A DNA stretch of 64,000 nucleotides from Bacteroidales bacterium (GCA_029983675.1 JASBYY010000004.1:6497-70496), one strand, 5' to 3'; positions 28,287 through 36,582 are shown, counted from the first letter of the stretch. The notes: generated by a model from the sequence alone, not told the origin. Made by a program: numbers and translations.

Positions 28287-29104
28287 GACTTTGTATTTTT
28301 GAACTTGATTTTATGAAATTTACATAACCCATAGCCTACGCTGCTGTTGGCTCCGATTTGAATCGGTTCTTCTAAGAGTTCCTTTTCAAATTCCGAAAAG
28401 GTTGCGTCGTCTAATAAACCCTGTTTGGGAACCATATAAGTTATAAATATCGTTTGGTGAGGAACCACCTCCTCGTACCAAAGATTTTTGTCCTCATCCA
28501 GGCGATTGCGGGCGATTACAGGTAAGTTTTCAGCATAATTTCTGAATTTATCATCGCTTACCAGGGCATATTGTTGATCAAAAGCTGTAAAATTAATGTC
28601 AACTGTGTCTGAAAATGGCGTTGAATAATCTACCCTTTGCAAATCATCGTCTTCCAGAAATATCCTGTCTACAAGGCCTTCTTCCTTTGTAAACAGTTTA
28701 TCTGTTTCTGTTGGTAGTTTCAGTAGCTCTTTATCAAGAATCATTTTTGCTTTCTCGTTCACAAATTCCACATTTTGAGGACAGAATGTGAGAGCAAACT
28801 GACGATGTGAACATCTTACGGGTAAAGCTACCAGATCAGCATTCAAAAAATTAAGGTTGCCGCTTTCGGTATCATTATCATTATTTGTTTTCTTACCGAA
28901 TAGTAGGTTCGTTTTTTGATCGGTTTTCCCCCAAACGCTCTCAAAATGTTCTCTGAGAGATCCCTTTAAACTTGATGCGTGAATGGTAGGATAATTGAAT
29001 ATCGTGTCGCGTTGTACTAATTTGTCCACGATCCCGTAACTGGCATCACCGCTCCCTACATGTAGGTTGGTTATACACTGAATTAAATACGCTTGTGTTG
29101 TCAT
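28283..29104 (-). CDS. cmr4: Type III-B backbone RAMP protein Cmr4
   Basis: 273 aa. The N-terminus is TNLHVGSGDASYGIVDKLVQRD, followed by PTIHASSLKGSLREHFE and a C-terminal G-rich loop IGANSSVGYGLCKF. Confidence 0.85.
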   Translation of the reverse strand: MTTQAYLIQCITNLHVGSGDASYGIVDKLVQRDTIFNYPTIHASSLKGSLREHFESVWGKTDQKTNLLFGKKTNNDNDTESGNLNFLNADLVALPVRCSHRQFALTFCPQNVEFVNEKAKMILDKELLKLPTETDKLFTKEEGLVDRIFLEDDDLQRVDYSTPFSDTVDINFTAFDQQYALVSDDKFRNYAENLPVIARNRLDEDKNLWYEEVVPHQTIFITYMVPKQGLLDDATFSEFEKELLEEPIQIGANSSVGYGLCKFHKIKFKNTKS

Positions 29105-29110
29105 TTTTTG

Positions 29111-30178
29111 TTATTTTTTAATGGTTTGAATTCTATTAAACCCTATATTTCGGGCATTATTACTCTTATTGAATAATTCTTGGGCCTTTTGCATTTCATC
29201 TTCATTTTCAAAAAACAATATGCTGCCGCGTTTAAGCAAATTATAACGATAGCTCATTTTATACCCTTTTGAAAAGCTGCTGTAATTCTCACTGTTGTTG
29301 GAGCTATGAAGATTTCGGAAAGAGATGTTTTCATTGATTGCAAAAACCACGTGTTCCCATACTTCTTCTTCAACAAAACAGTCGGAAATACAATAAATAG
29401 CCGGTTTAAGGCGTGGCGGAAGGTTAAGTTTAAAATCGGTACGATTACCGCTGCATTCATTTACTTCAAGGAGGAATAATTGCTGTTCGGCTCCCATGGT
29501 AATGAATTGTTTATCATGGCTTAAATTACAATCGATTTCAGCATCAAAGGCAAAAGACCACCCTTTATTCAACTTATACATTACCTGCTTGTAAAATCCG
29601 TCATCTTCCGTTTTTCCTTTTTCCCCTTTTTTATTGCCCACGGTTTCATGTTTGATAAACACAAAATCCGTATCATTTTCTTTATCTTCATCTTTAAAGA
29701 ACTTGAAAGTACTATAATCTTTTACGTTGATAAATGTCGGATTATAGCCAACTTTCGCATCGTACCCTTTCAAATAGTAATTGTTATAGAGTTCTTTTAA
29801 TTCAAATTCTTGATCAAAAGGTGCAATGATATATTTTTCACTTTCTCTAAGAAAATAAAGTGGTGATATTTCATTTATTATTCCAAATTTCTGCTCCGTT
29901 TTTCCATCTTTACCCACGAAGCCATAAATAAAACTATTTTCACCAATCAGATCATTGGCTTGAGATTCTTTTTTGTTTTTACGCGGACTGAGGCAACCGT
30001 TTTTCATCAGTAGATAGTAACGTAACGTTCCAAGCAGGGTGGTTTGTTGGGGATATAATTCAGACCTCACATAGTAGTCCATTTCAAACTTGCCCGGTTC
30101 TCCTTTTTTTTCAGTATGTTTTTCCCCTCCAAAAAAATAGGCATTTACCGGGGTGAGCTTTATTTGATAATTGTTCAT
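29111..30178 (-). CDS. cmr3: Type III-B protein Cmr3
   Basis: 355 aa with N-terminus KLTPVNAYFFGGEK typical of Cmr3. Position and size fit, and there is a 4 nt overlap with the cas10 stop. Confidence 0.75.
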   Translation of the reverse strand: MNNYQIKLTPVNAYFFGGEKHTEKKGEPGKFEMDYYVRSELYPQQTTLLGTLRYYLLMKNGCLSPRKNKKESQANDLIGENSFIYGFVGKDGKTEQKFGIINEISPLYFLRESEKYIIAPFDQEFELKELYNNYYLKGYDAKVGYNPTFINVKDYSTFKFFKDEDKENDTDFVFIKHETVGNKKGEKGKTEDDGFYKQVMYKLNKGWSFAFDAEIDCNLSHDKQFITMGAEQQLFLLEVNECSGNRTDFKLNLPPRLKPAIYCISDCFVEEEVWEHVVFAINENISFRNLHSSNNSENYSSFSKGYKMSYRYNLLKRGSILFFENEDEMQKAQELFNKSNNARNIGFNRIQTIKK

Positions 30179-31821
30179 TGATCTTTTGATTTTTTAGGTT
30201 GAATAAACTGATAGTATCGCAATATAGTGAAGAGGATGTCTTTAAAACGTTTATTTTGCTTGTATTCTTCTTCTTTGCTGCATACCGTAAGATAATCTTG
30301 TTTTAAAACTTTTATTAGCGATGTAAAATAATCGGTAAAAGTGTTTTTCTCTTCATGTATTTCTTCGTTGAAGAAGTTTTCAATGAAAGCATCAATCCGA
30401 TCATTTCGTACCGCATGGATGAAAGTCGTGAAAAATACATCGTCTTTCAACCGCTGAATCATTCCGCTGAGCGTGTCTTTTTTATCTTTTCCTTGCAGCT
30501 GTAAGGTGAGCAATTCATAAATTCTCTTAGCGGAAGCGGTTTTTGACTTGTCGATAAAACACTCCATATACTGACCGCTATGTTTTTGAAAACGAACGCT
30601 TACACCATTTTTATTTGGGAAAAGCTCCTTGTCCTGTTTGCACTTTTCCAACATGTTATGGGCTTGTTCCATCGCTTCACGCATGGGAAATTTATAATAA
30701 GAGAGCATAAAACCATACGATAAAGTGGGAATGGTTACTCCTTGCTCTTCGGCGTATTGACCCAATGTATCGTTGAAATCCTTATCTAAATCTTTGATAA
30801 GGATTGCCAATGATTTGAGATAATTGTCTCCATTGTAAGCAATGGGTAAAAAGGCCAAAATGTCTTCTCCTCCTAAATATATGGCACTCCCACCGTAGTT
30901 GTGGATGCTCTCTTCCGCTTTTTTTCCGAACAGAAGAAGTTTTTCGGAAAAAGTTTTTAATTTTTCCCTATCATTGGCAACACTGCTGAGCAAAGCACCA
31001 ATGTTATCACCATCGGCATACAGCACAGCGTAATATTTATGATAATCCTGCATCTTGTCTTTGAAAACGTCGTTCTTTTTCAACAAGTCAATAATCTGGA
31101 TATCTTCGTTTTTAAAATCTTCTTCTAACAACCGATTGTATGTTGTTGCATCTGCTTCTTTTAACAAGTCTGCAGTAGATATCTCTGCGATTGATTTGAA
31201 GTGCCGTCCTTTTTCATCTCCGAAAGCATCTTTTTTCAGAGCGGTGTTTTCGTTCCATTTCGTAGCAAAATAATCAATCAAAAAATTTGAGTTGATATCA
31301 AATGCATATCTTTTATTTAATTCTTTGTTGTCTAACAGATTGTTAAGGATTTTTAAAACCGAATTATCAGATTTCCCTTCTTTATTCTTAGATGTTGTAA
31401 TAGAGGTCAACTCTTTATCCGTTAAAGAAATTTCAACAATATGGAGATTCAAGTAGTTGCGTAAAAATGCAACAATGTCTCCGTTTTTCAGTGTTGCGTT
31501 TTTACAACAGATGTCATCTGCAAAGAACTTTATCGTATTATCAACAAAGCCTTGAATATCTAATTTTGATTTATTTACAAAATATAGGCGATCGGCATAC
31601 AGCCCAGCCCCATATTTTCCTTTATTCACCCCTTTCTGCGTATTGTCATCTAAAGGTTTGTCATAGGGTAACAGTATCTCCCAATCATTGTCTATAGCCT
31701 GCTCAAGTATTTTCCTCATGAAAAGTGAAAAGAAATAGCTGGCCGCCCATATGCTGCGCGTGCGTTTTGCTTGGGTAAAGGTATCATATATGGGCCCAAT
31801 GGTTATTGCTGTGTATTGCAT
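30175..31821 (-). CDS. cas10: Cas10/Cmr2 large subunit, short form without an HD nuclease domain
   Basis: 548 aa. The palm/cyclase motifs are YAVLYADGDNIG (res 265-276) and YLGGEDILAF (GGED at res 317-320, nt 30862-30873). No N-terminal H..HD motif is present, since the protein starts directly with MQYTAITIGPIYDTF. Confidence 0.85.
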   Translation of the reverse strand: MQYTAITIGPIYDTFTQAKRTRSIWAASYFFSLFMRKILEQAIDNDWEILLPYDKPLDDNTQKGVNKGKYGAGLYADRLYFVNKSKLDIQGFVDNTIKFFADDICCKNATLKNGDIVAFLRNYLNLHIVEISLTDKELTSITTSKNKEGKSDNSVLKILNNLLDNKELNKRYAFDINSNFLIDYFATKWNENTALKKDAFGDEKGRHFKSIAEISTADLLKEADATTYNRLLEEDFKNEDIQIIDLLKKNDVFKDKMQDYHKYYAVLYADGDNIGALLSSVANDREKLKTFSEKLLLFGKKAEESIHNYGGSAIYLGGEDILAFLPIAYNGDNYLKSLAILIKDLDKDFNDTLGQYAEEQGVTIPTLSYGFMLSYYKFPMREAMEQAHNMLEKCKQDKELFPNKNGVSVRFQKHSGQYMECFIDKSKTASAKRIYELLTLQLQGKDKKDTLSGMIQRLKDDVFFTTFIHAVRNDRIDAFIENFFNEEIHEEKNTFTDYFTSLIKVLKQDYLTVCSKEEEYKQNKRFKDILFTILRYYQFIQPKKSKDQ

Positions 31822-31825
31822 GATT

Positions 31826-33238
31826 TTACTTCTTATTTAAATTACTCAATGAGGTATAACCAATTTTTGTTGACGCCATTTTCATAAAGTCCACAAGTGA
31901 AAAATCTTTTGGCGTTGACAAGATGAAATCTTTTTGTTTACTTTCTTCCAAAGAACACATATCATTTCTTTTATTTCTATAATCATGAATTCGGAAAATA
32001 AATTCTTTATCCTGGATTTCTTTTGACAACTCATTTCCTACCAAATAAACATTATTGTCAATAACCTTGAACAGAAGAGGTGACCGAAACCTTTCAATAT
32101 CTGAAGAGAGTTCATAGTAATGCGTTTTATCATTCTCATCGACAATGGTAGCATAATCATTTCTATGCATTCTTTCTGCCTCCTCAACAATTTCATCTCC
32201 TTTCAAAAACACACTAACGATAATAACATCTTTGTCTTTCTCATTATAAAGTTTAAACTCATATTTTGATGACAATCCTAACAATGCACGAATAAAATAA
32301 TATTGGAAAGTCTGTGGATCATTCCATCCTTTTTCTGTTTTCTCATTATTCCCATAAATTGGAGGTTTCTTACCCTTGAGATTAAACCCTTTCCCCCTAA
32401 TGCCTTGTTTTATTTTTCGTTTCTCCCAACGAAAACCTTTGCCAACAAAATATTCGAAAAGTATAGATTTTTTATATATTTCATTGCTATGTCGTGTCTT
32501 AGGTATATTTATACCTGATTTCAGCAACTTATAATCATCATTAATGGTTTGTAAAATCTGAACTATTTCAGAAGACTGTAATGTTTTTTTGTACACAAAA
32601 GAAAACTCTTGTTTCAATAATTCCTCATTATTTTTGAGTTCTTTATTTTTCTGATTGTACTCAATCTTTGTTGGCAAAAAACAACCGAAGCCCTTACTTT
32701 GCCGTGTGCCAAAATTTGTAGAAATGAAAAAAAGCTGTATGTATTTTAAAATTTCTGAGAAAAGATCTTCTTTTTTTGTTAGAATTAAAACGTTTGTGTC
32801 ATCACTTTCAACAATCCCTTTCTTTTCTATTTTGTTCCAATCAGCGATTACATTATGACTTTTTACTATTTGAGAATTCTGTTTTTCCTGTGCAAAAAAA
32901 GGACTGTTGCTTATTACCTTAATCTCTCGATTTTCAAGGTTTTTTGCATCGCTCCCTTTAATATATGAAGCCAATAAGTATTCAGTTCTGGTTGAATTGC
33001 TATTAATATCTATCCTCATCTTATAATCTAATGCCGGATGTTCTCCTTTGCCTACAAGCCATTTGTTCTCTTTGGCCGTATTGATGCCTTGTTGGTAGTC
33101 TCCGTTTCCCAATTTCGTCAGAATAAACTTATCCAACTTCGGCTTCACTTCGCTTGCCCGCAGGGTGGCTCCCTCCTGATCGTGCTGAAAGTGGATCAGA
33201 GGTGTGTGCTGTTTTAAAGTTACTTTTAATGTATGCAT
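31826..33238 (-). CDS. cmr1: Type III-B RAMP protein Cmr1
   Basis: About 470 aa counted from the ATG at 33238 (MHTLKVTLKQHTPLIHFQHD...). It has the G-rich loop TNFGTRQSKGFGCF and is the first of the cmr series. The track ORF extends to 33295. Confidence 0.8.
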   Translation of the reverse strand: MHTLKVTLKQHTPLIHFQHDQEGATLRASEVKPKLDKFILTKLGNGDYQQGINTAKENKWLVGKGEHPALDYKMRIDINSNSTRTEYLLASYIKGSDAKNLENREIKVISNSPFFAQEKQNSQIVKSHNVIADWNKIEKKGIVESDDTNVLILTKKEDLFSEILKYIQLFFISTNFGTRQSKGFGCFLPTKIEYNQKNKELKNNEELLKQEFSFVYKKTLQSSEIVQILQTINDDYKLLKSGINIPKTRHSNEIYKKSILFEYFVGKGFRWEKRKIKQGIRGKGFNLKGKKPPIYGNNEKTEKGWNDPQTFQYYFIRALLGLSSKYEFKLYNEKDKDVIIVSVFLKGDEIVEEAERMHRNDYATIVDENDKTHYYELSSDIERFRSPLLFKVIDNNVYLVGNELSKEIQDKEFIFRIHDYRNKRNDMCSLEESKQKDFILSTPKDFSLVDFMKMASTKIGYTSLSNLNKK

Positions 33239-33245
33239 AACAGTC

Positions 33246-33653
33246 TTATTTTTTAGTTTTTGAGTTTGCAGAATTAAGAATGATGGATAACCCATCGATT
33301 ATTTTTTTGTAGAGTTCAATATCATGTTCAAGCAAGGCTATCTTGGAGTTGTAAGTGTCTTCAATAGAACTTTTGTCTTTTCCCAATTTTTCGGTTTTCT
33401 GCTTTAATTCATTGATTTCATTCTGAAGTGTTTCATCAGAAGCAACATTCACCTTTGCAATTAGATTCCAGTATTTTTCCTGTTCAAACGACTTTGTTTT
33501 CATCTTTCGAGCAAAGCGATTCTGAATGCAAGGTTTTACAATATGTTTCAACAAGAACACAAGGGCAACTAATCCGATGACACCCCAACATAAAGACGGG
33601 ATGGCATTCACTACATTCTGCCAATCTACGGCTAATAATACCAAGTCTTTCAT
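33246..33653 (-). CDS. Small membrane-anchored coiled-coil protein, uncharacterised, embedded in the type III-B operon
   Basis: 135 aa with one predicted TM helix (AIPSLCWGVIGLVALVFLL) followed by a K/E/L-rich coiled-coil-like segment. Its ATG overlaps the CorA-like stop (ATGA at 33650-33653), and it ends 7 nt before the cmr1 ATG. Confidence 0.65.
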   Translation of the reverse strand: MKDLVLLAVDWQNVVNAIPSLCWGVIGLVALVFLLKHIVKPCIQNRFARKMKTKSFEQEKYWNLIAKVNVASDETLQNEINELKQKTEKLGKDKSSIEDTYNSKIALLEHDIELYKKIIDGLSIILNSANSKTKK

Positions 33654-35116
33654 TTTATCTTCCTTTTAATGATCAATATAACTCCAATTACTACTGAGGC
33701 AACAAAACCCATGAGAGCAAACTGATAACCCCAGATATTGAACCAACGGGACAATCCTCCGCATCCGTTCAATGCCGTGTTACTCATCCCGAAGATGCCG
33801 GCGACAACCGTTATCGGAACAAAAATCGTTGCAATCCATGTGAGGAGTGATACCGTATTGTTGACTCTACGATCTTCTCGCAAAGTTACATAGTTGTATA
33901 ATTCCTCTATTTCTTTATCCAGTTTTTCTACGTGTTCGTTTATTCGTAACAGCTTGTACAGTTTCTCATACATCTCAATGCCTTGATCTTGTGCCGAAAC
34001 CTCCCGGAAATGAATCTTGTTGACAAAACGGATGTATTCTTTGTACAAGGAACTCAATTTCAAGCTCAACCCTTTCTTGTTATCCATATTGCTGATGTTT
34101 GTCACCTCTGCCGAGAATCGCAAAATCGAGGCTTTTTGAACCAAAACAAGTTCGGACATCCGAGCATACTCTGTTTCAAAATATTGAATTAGAAAATTAG
34201 GACATGTTGTATTGGCTAAATAGACCATTGAATACCGTGACACACCATACAACGAGCACCATTTTTGCCAGCGTTCGTAGGTAGATTCCTTTATGAGTGT
34301 TTTCTGCATTTCCGTATTTTGGCAGCTCATACCATTCGGATTATCAACAAACAGAAACTCATACCAATTATTACTCATGATGAAGTCTTCGTACCCTCCG
34401 CCACAGAACTGATTAGCCCATTCATCGTTCTTATACCATGACAGCACAAACATCCTATCGTCAATAACCGGTTTCAGCTGAATATTAGCTGCCACTTCAT
34501 GGATCATATCCGTAATAAAATCCGCCGGTTTGTTGTGCGGTGTTTTGTTGTCATATCGGCTGAAATCTTCGCAATAGCCGGTTTCACGTCCGTGGAGTCC
34601 GATGAATTCCAATTTTTGGGCAATCAGAAAGCGATTTTCCACATCTTTGATAAAAGGTGGAAAAACTCTTCTGCCATACTGATTGATATTCAACACAGCC
34701 TCCGGGTCTGCATATCTTCTGTTTTCCATGAAAAATGATAGAACACCAACGCCGGTCGAATACAGGTTCAAGTTGATGGCTTTTACATTCAACTCATATT
34801 CTTTCCCGCCGGCACAAGTTATTTTATACAATACCTCTCCGTGTTTTGGCTCATTTCGTTCATAATGGCGAATTAAAGAACCGTTTGAACCGTTGTCATA
34901 CAAGGCCTCGTGAACAAATTCATAAAAATAGTTTTTCTCGTTGTACAAATCGTCCGATTCCTGATTATTGGCAGGTGTTGTCACTCTTTCCCAATTGTCC
35001 GAATCGGAATACTCGATTTTATTCAGGTCGATTTGTTCCGACAAGGTTTTCTCTTCAAAACCTCTAACATCCCATCGAAAGGGGAATTGAAAATTATGAT
35101 AACTATATTCCATCAT
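33650..35116 (-). CDS. CorA-like membrane protein (type III CRISPR-associated CorA effector candidate)
   Basis: 488 aa with a ~420 aa soluble N-terminal part. The C-terminal architecture is CorA-like: TM1 (LLTWIATIFVPITVVAGIFGMS), a short loop, TM2 (YQFALMGFVASVVIGVILII), then a basic tail KRKIK. The signature is GMS (nt 33782-33790) where canonical CorA has GMN. Confidence 0.75.
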   Translation of the reverse strand: MMEYSYHNFQFPFRWDVRGFEEKTLSEQIDLNKIEYSDSDNWERVTTPANNQESDDLYNEKNYFYEFVHEALYDNGSNGSLIRHYERNEPKHGEVLYKITCAGGKEYELNVKAINLNLYSTGVGVLSFFMENRRYADPEAVLNINQYGRRVFPPFIKDVENRFLIAQKLEFIGLHGRETGYCEDFSRYDNKTPHNKPADFITDMIHEVAANIQLKPVIDDRMFVLSWYKNDEWANQFCGGGYEDFIMSNNWYEFLFVDNPNGMSCQNTEMQKTLIKESTYERWQKWCSLYGVSRYSMVYLANTTCPNFLIQYFETEYARMSELVLVQKASILRFSAEVTNISNMDNKKGLSLKLSSLYKEYIRFVNKIHFREVSAQDQGIEMYEKLYKLLRINEHVEKLDKEIEELYNYVTLREDRRVNNTVSLLTWIATIFVPITVVAGIFGMSNTALNGCGGLSRWFNIWGYQFALMGFVASVVIGVILIIKRKIK

Positions 35117-35849
35117 TTATGATTTTACTAATTGATTCAACATAATTCTTTATTTCATCGGATGAGAAACGTCCTCTTGGCAGACCGAAGAAGCCGCTTT
35201 CTCCGCCCCCGTGAAACGCCCGTCCTGTTTTGACTTCCTCTTGAAAACAATTGACAAGTTGAGGTTGTCTTTCTCCATAATAGACCAATTCCGCATTGTT
35301 ATAAACCAACAGGTTCCGGAAAGGATACAGGTAATCGACTATGGGTGAAAACCTGGAAACAGAGGTATATACTATTTTTAGATTTCCCTTTGATACGGCT
35401 TGTCGAGCATCTTCTTCCGCTATTTTTTCTTCCTCTTCCGTTACACCTTGGGCTTTCCGATCCGCCTGCCTGATGGATGATATTTCTTCATCCGTTGCTC
35501 CCAAAGCCTTCATCCCTCCGATGTATGCCGAATCGTTAGCGACAACCAGTTGCTGCCGGCGGTTCAACGGTACGTGCAGTAGGTCGGCAACCTGCTCCAA
35601 TGCGGATTTTTTCCCAAAATAATCGTTGTGGTGGTCAATGCGGACATAATGTGCAGGCGGAAGAATGTCTTCTCTCAATTCAATACCGTAAAACAGATCG
35701 GTTTCGTTGATTTCAGCCTGATATGCACTGAGCGTTGCATTATTCCACGACAAGCCGTTATCATGAAAACATTCACCACTTGCTAACAACATGTCCCTTA
35801 TCGTAAGCATCTCCAAATCATGTCCACCCAATAGAAAGATTCTCTTCAT
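35103..35849 (-). CDS. DHH-family phosphodiesterase (NrN-like, CRISPR-associated)
   Basis: 248 aa with GGHDLEM near the N-terminus, a DHH motif (VRIDHHND) and a GGG motif (FHGGGESG) late in the protein. It overlaps the CorA-like start by 14 nt. Confidence 0.7.
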   Translation of the reverse strand: MKRIFLLGGHDLEMLTIRDMLLASGECFHDNGLSWNNATLSAYQAEINETDLFYGIELREDILPPAHYVRIDHHNDYFGKKSALEQVADLLHVPLNRRQQLVVANDSAYIGGMKALGATDEEISSIRQADRKAQGVTEEEEKIAEEDARQAVSKGNLKIVYTSVSRFSPIVDYLYPFRNLLVYNNAELVYYGERQPQLVNCFQEEVKTGRAFHGGGESGFFGLPRGRFSSDEIKNYVESISKIINDGI

Positions 35850-35871
35850 AACAAACCCTTATCCTTTGTCG

Positions 35872-36582
35872 TTAAATACTTACCTCCATCCTCTTCACCA
35901 TTCCGAACCCCACGCTCACGCTTTTGCCCAGACCGATATAGTCGGGCAGGCTCACGTTGCACTTGAACTGCACGTCAAAGCCCTGCATCTTGACACCTTT
36001 ATAAGAATAGATGCGTGCATCTTCCAGTGCCGTGATGCGCACTTTCACGTCTTTTTCAAAATGAATGTCGAGACCGGTAGCAAAGGAAAGAATATTGCCC
36101 GTCAAGACACGCTCTAAAAATTCACATTGCTCCGCAAGACTTTCCAACTTCTTGTATTCCTGATAGTTCTCCTGATTAAGCGGCAGCCATTTGCGCAAAG
36201 TGTACGAAAACCATTCATCCCACACCTGCACCAATACCTGATCGGCTTTCACTTGCGACACTTCTAAATGCACCGGCCTTTCATTTATATTAATATCGAA
36301 ATTGCAGTTAGAGAAAAACTCGCCAATGGCCTCCGTTCCGTCACCGATACAAACGATGGCCGCCTTGCTGCCGATACGTTTGTATTGTATCAGTGGATAG
36401 GCATAACGGAATCCGCCATCCTGATGGTTGTGAAACAGCACATCGGCCTCGCCGCCCATGGAAGCGTTGACTGCTACCCTGAAAAACGGCACCTCTCCTT
36501 GACAAATCTCGTTTTTAAACTTCACTCTTAAGATCTTCATGCCCGATCGTTTTTCTAGCTCATTGATTTCCAACATATACAA
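35872..36582 (-). CDS. cas6: CRISPR-associated endoribonuclease Cas6
   Basis: 236 aa, with an alternative start at 36540 (MKILRVKF...). It has a C-terminal glycine-rich loop GLGKSVSVGFGMV typical of Cas6 and is the first gene of the operon. Confidence 0.75.
   Translation of the reverse strand: MYMLEINELEKRSGMKILRVKFKNEICQGEVPFFRVAVNASMGGEADVLFHNHQDGGFRYAYPLIQYKRIGSKAAIVCIGDGTEAIGEFFSNCNFDININERPVHLEVSQVKADQVLVQVWDEWFSYTLRKWLPLNQENYQEYKKLESLAEQCEFLERVLTGNILSFATGLDIHFEKDVKVRITALEDARIYSYKGVKMQGFDVQFKCNVSLPDYIGLGKSVSVGFGMVKRMEVSI

Noticed and set aside
30175-31821. Possibility that Cas10 has an HD nuclease domain, or that a CARF/SAVED effector or ring nuclease sits in the locus
   Set aside because: The N-terminus lacks any H-x-HD pattern. 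None of the ORFs between 23937 and 36582 shows Rossmann-like CARF plus HEPN/PD-D/ExK features. Every ORF is otherwise accounted for.
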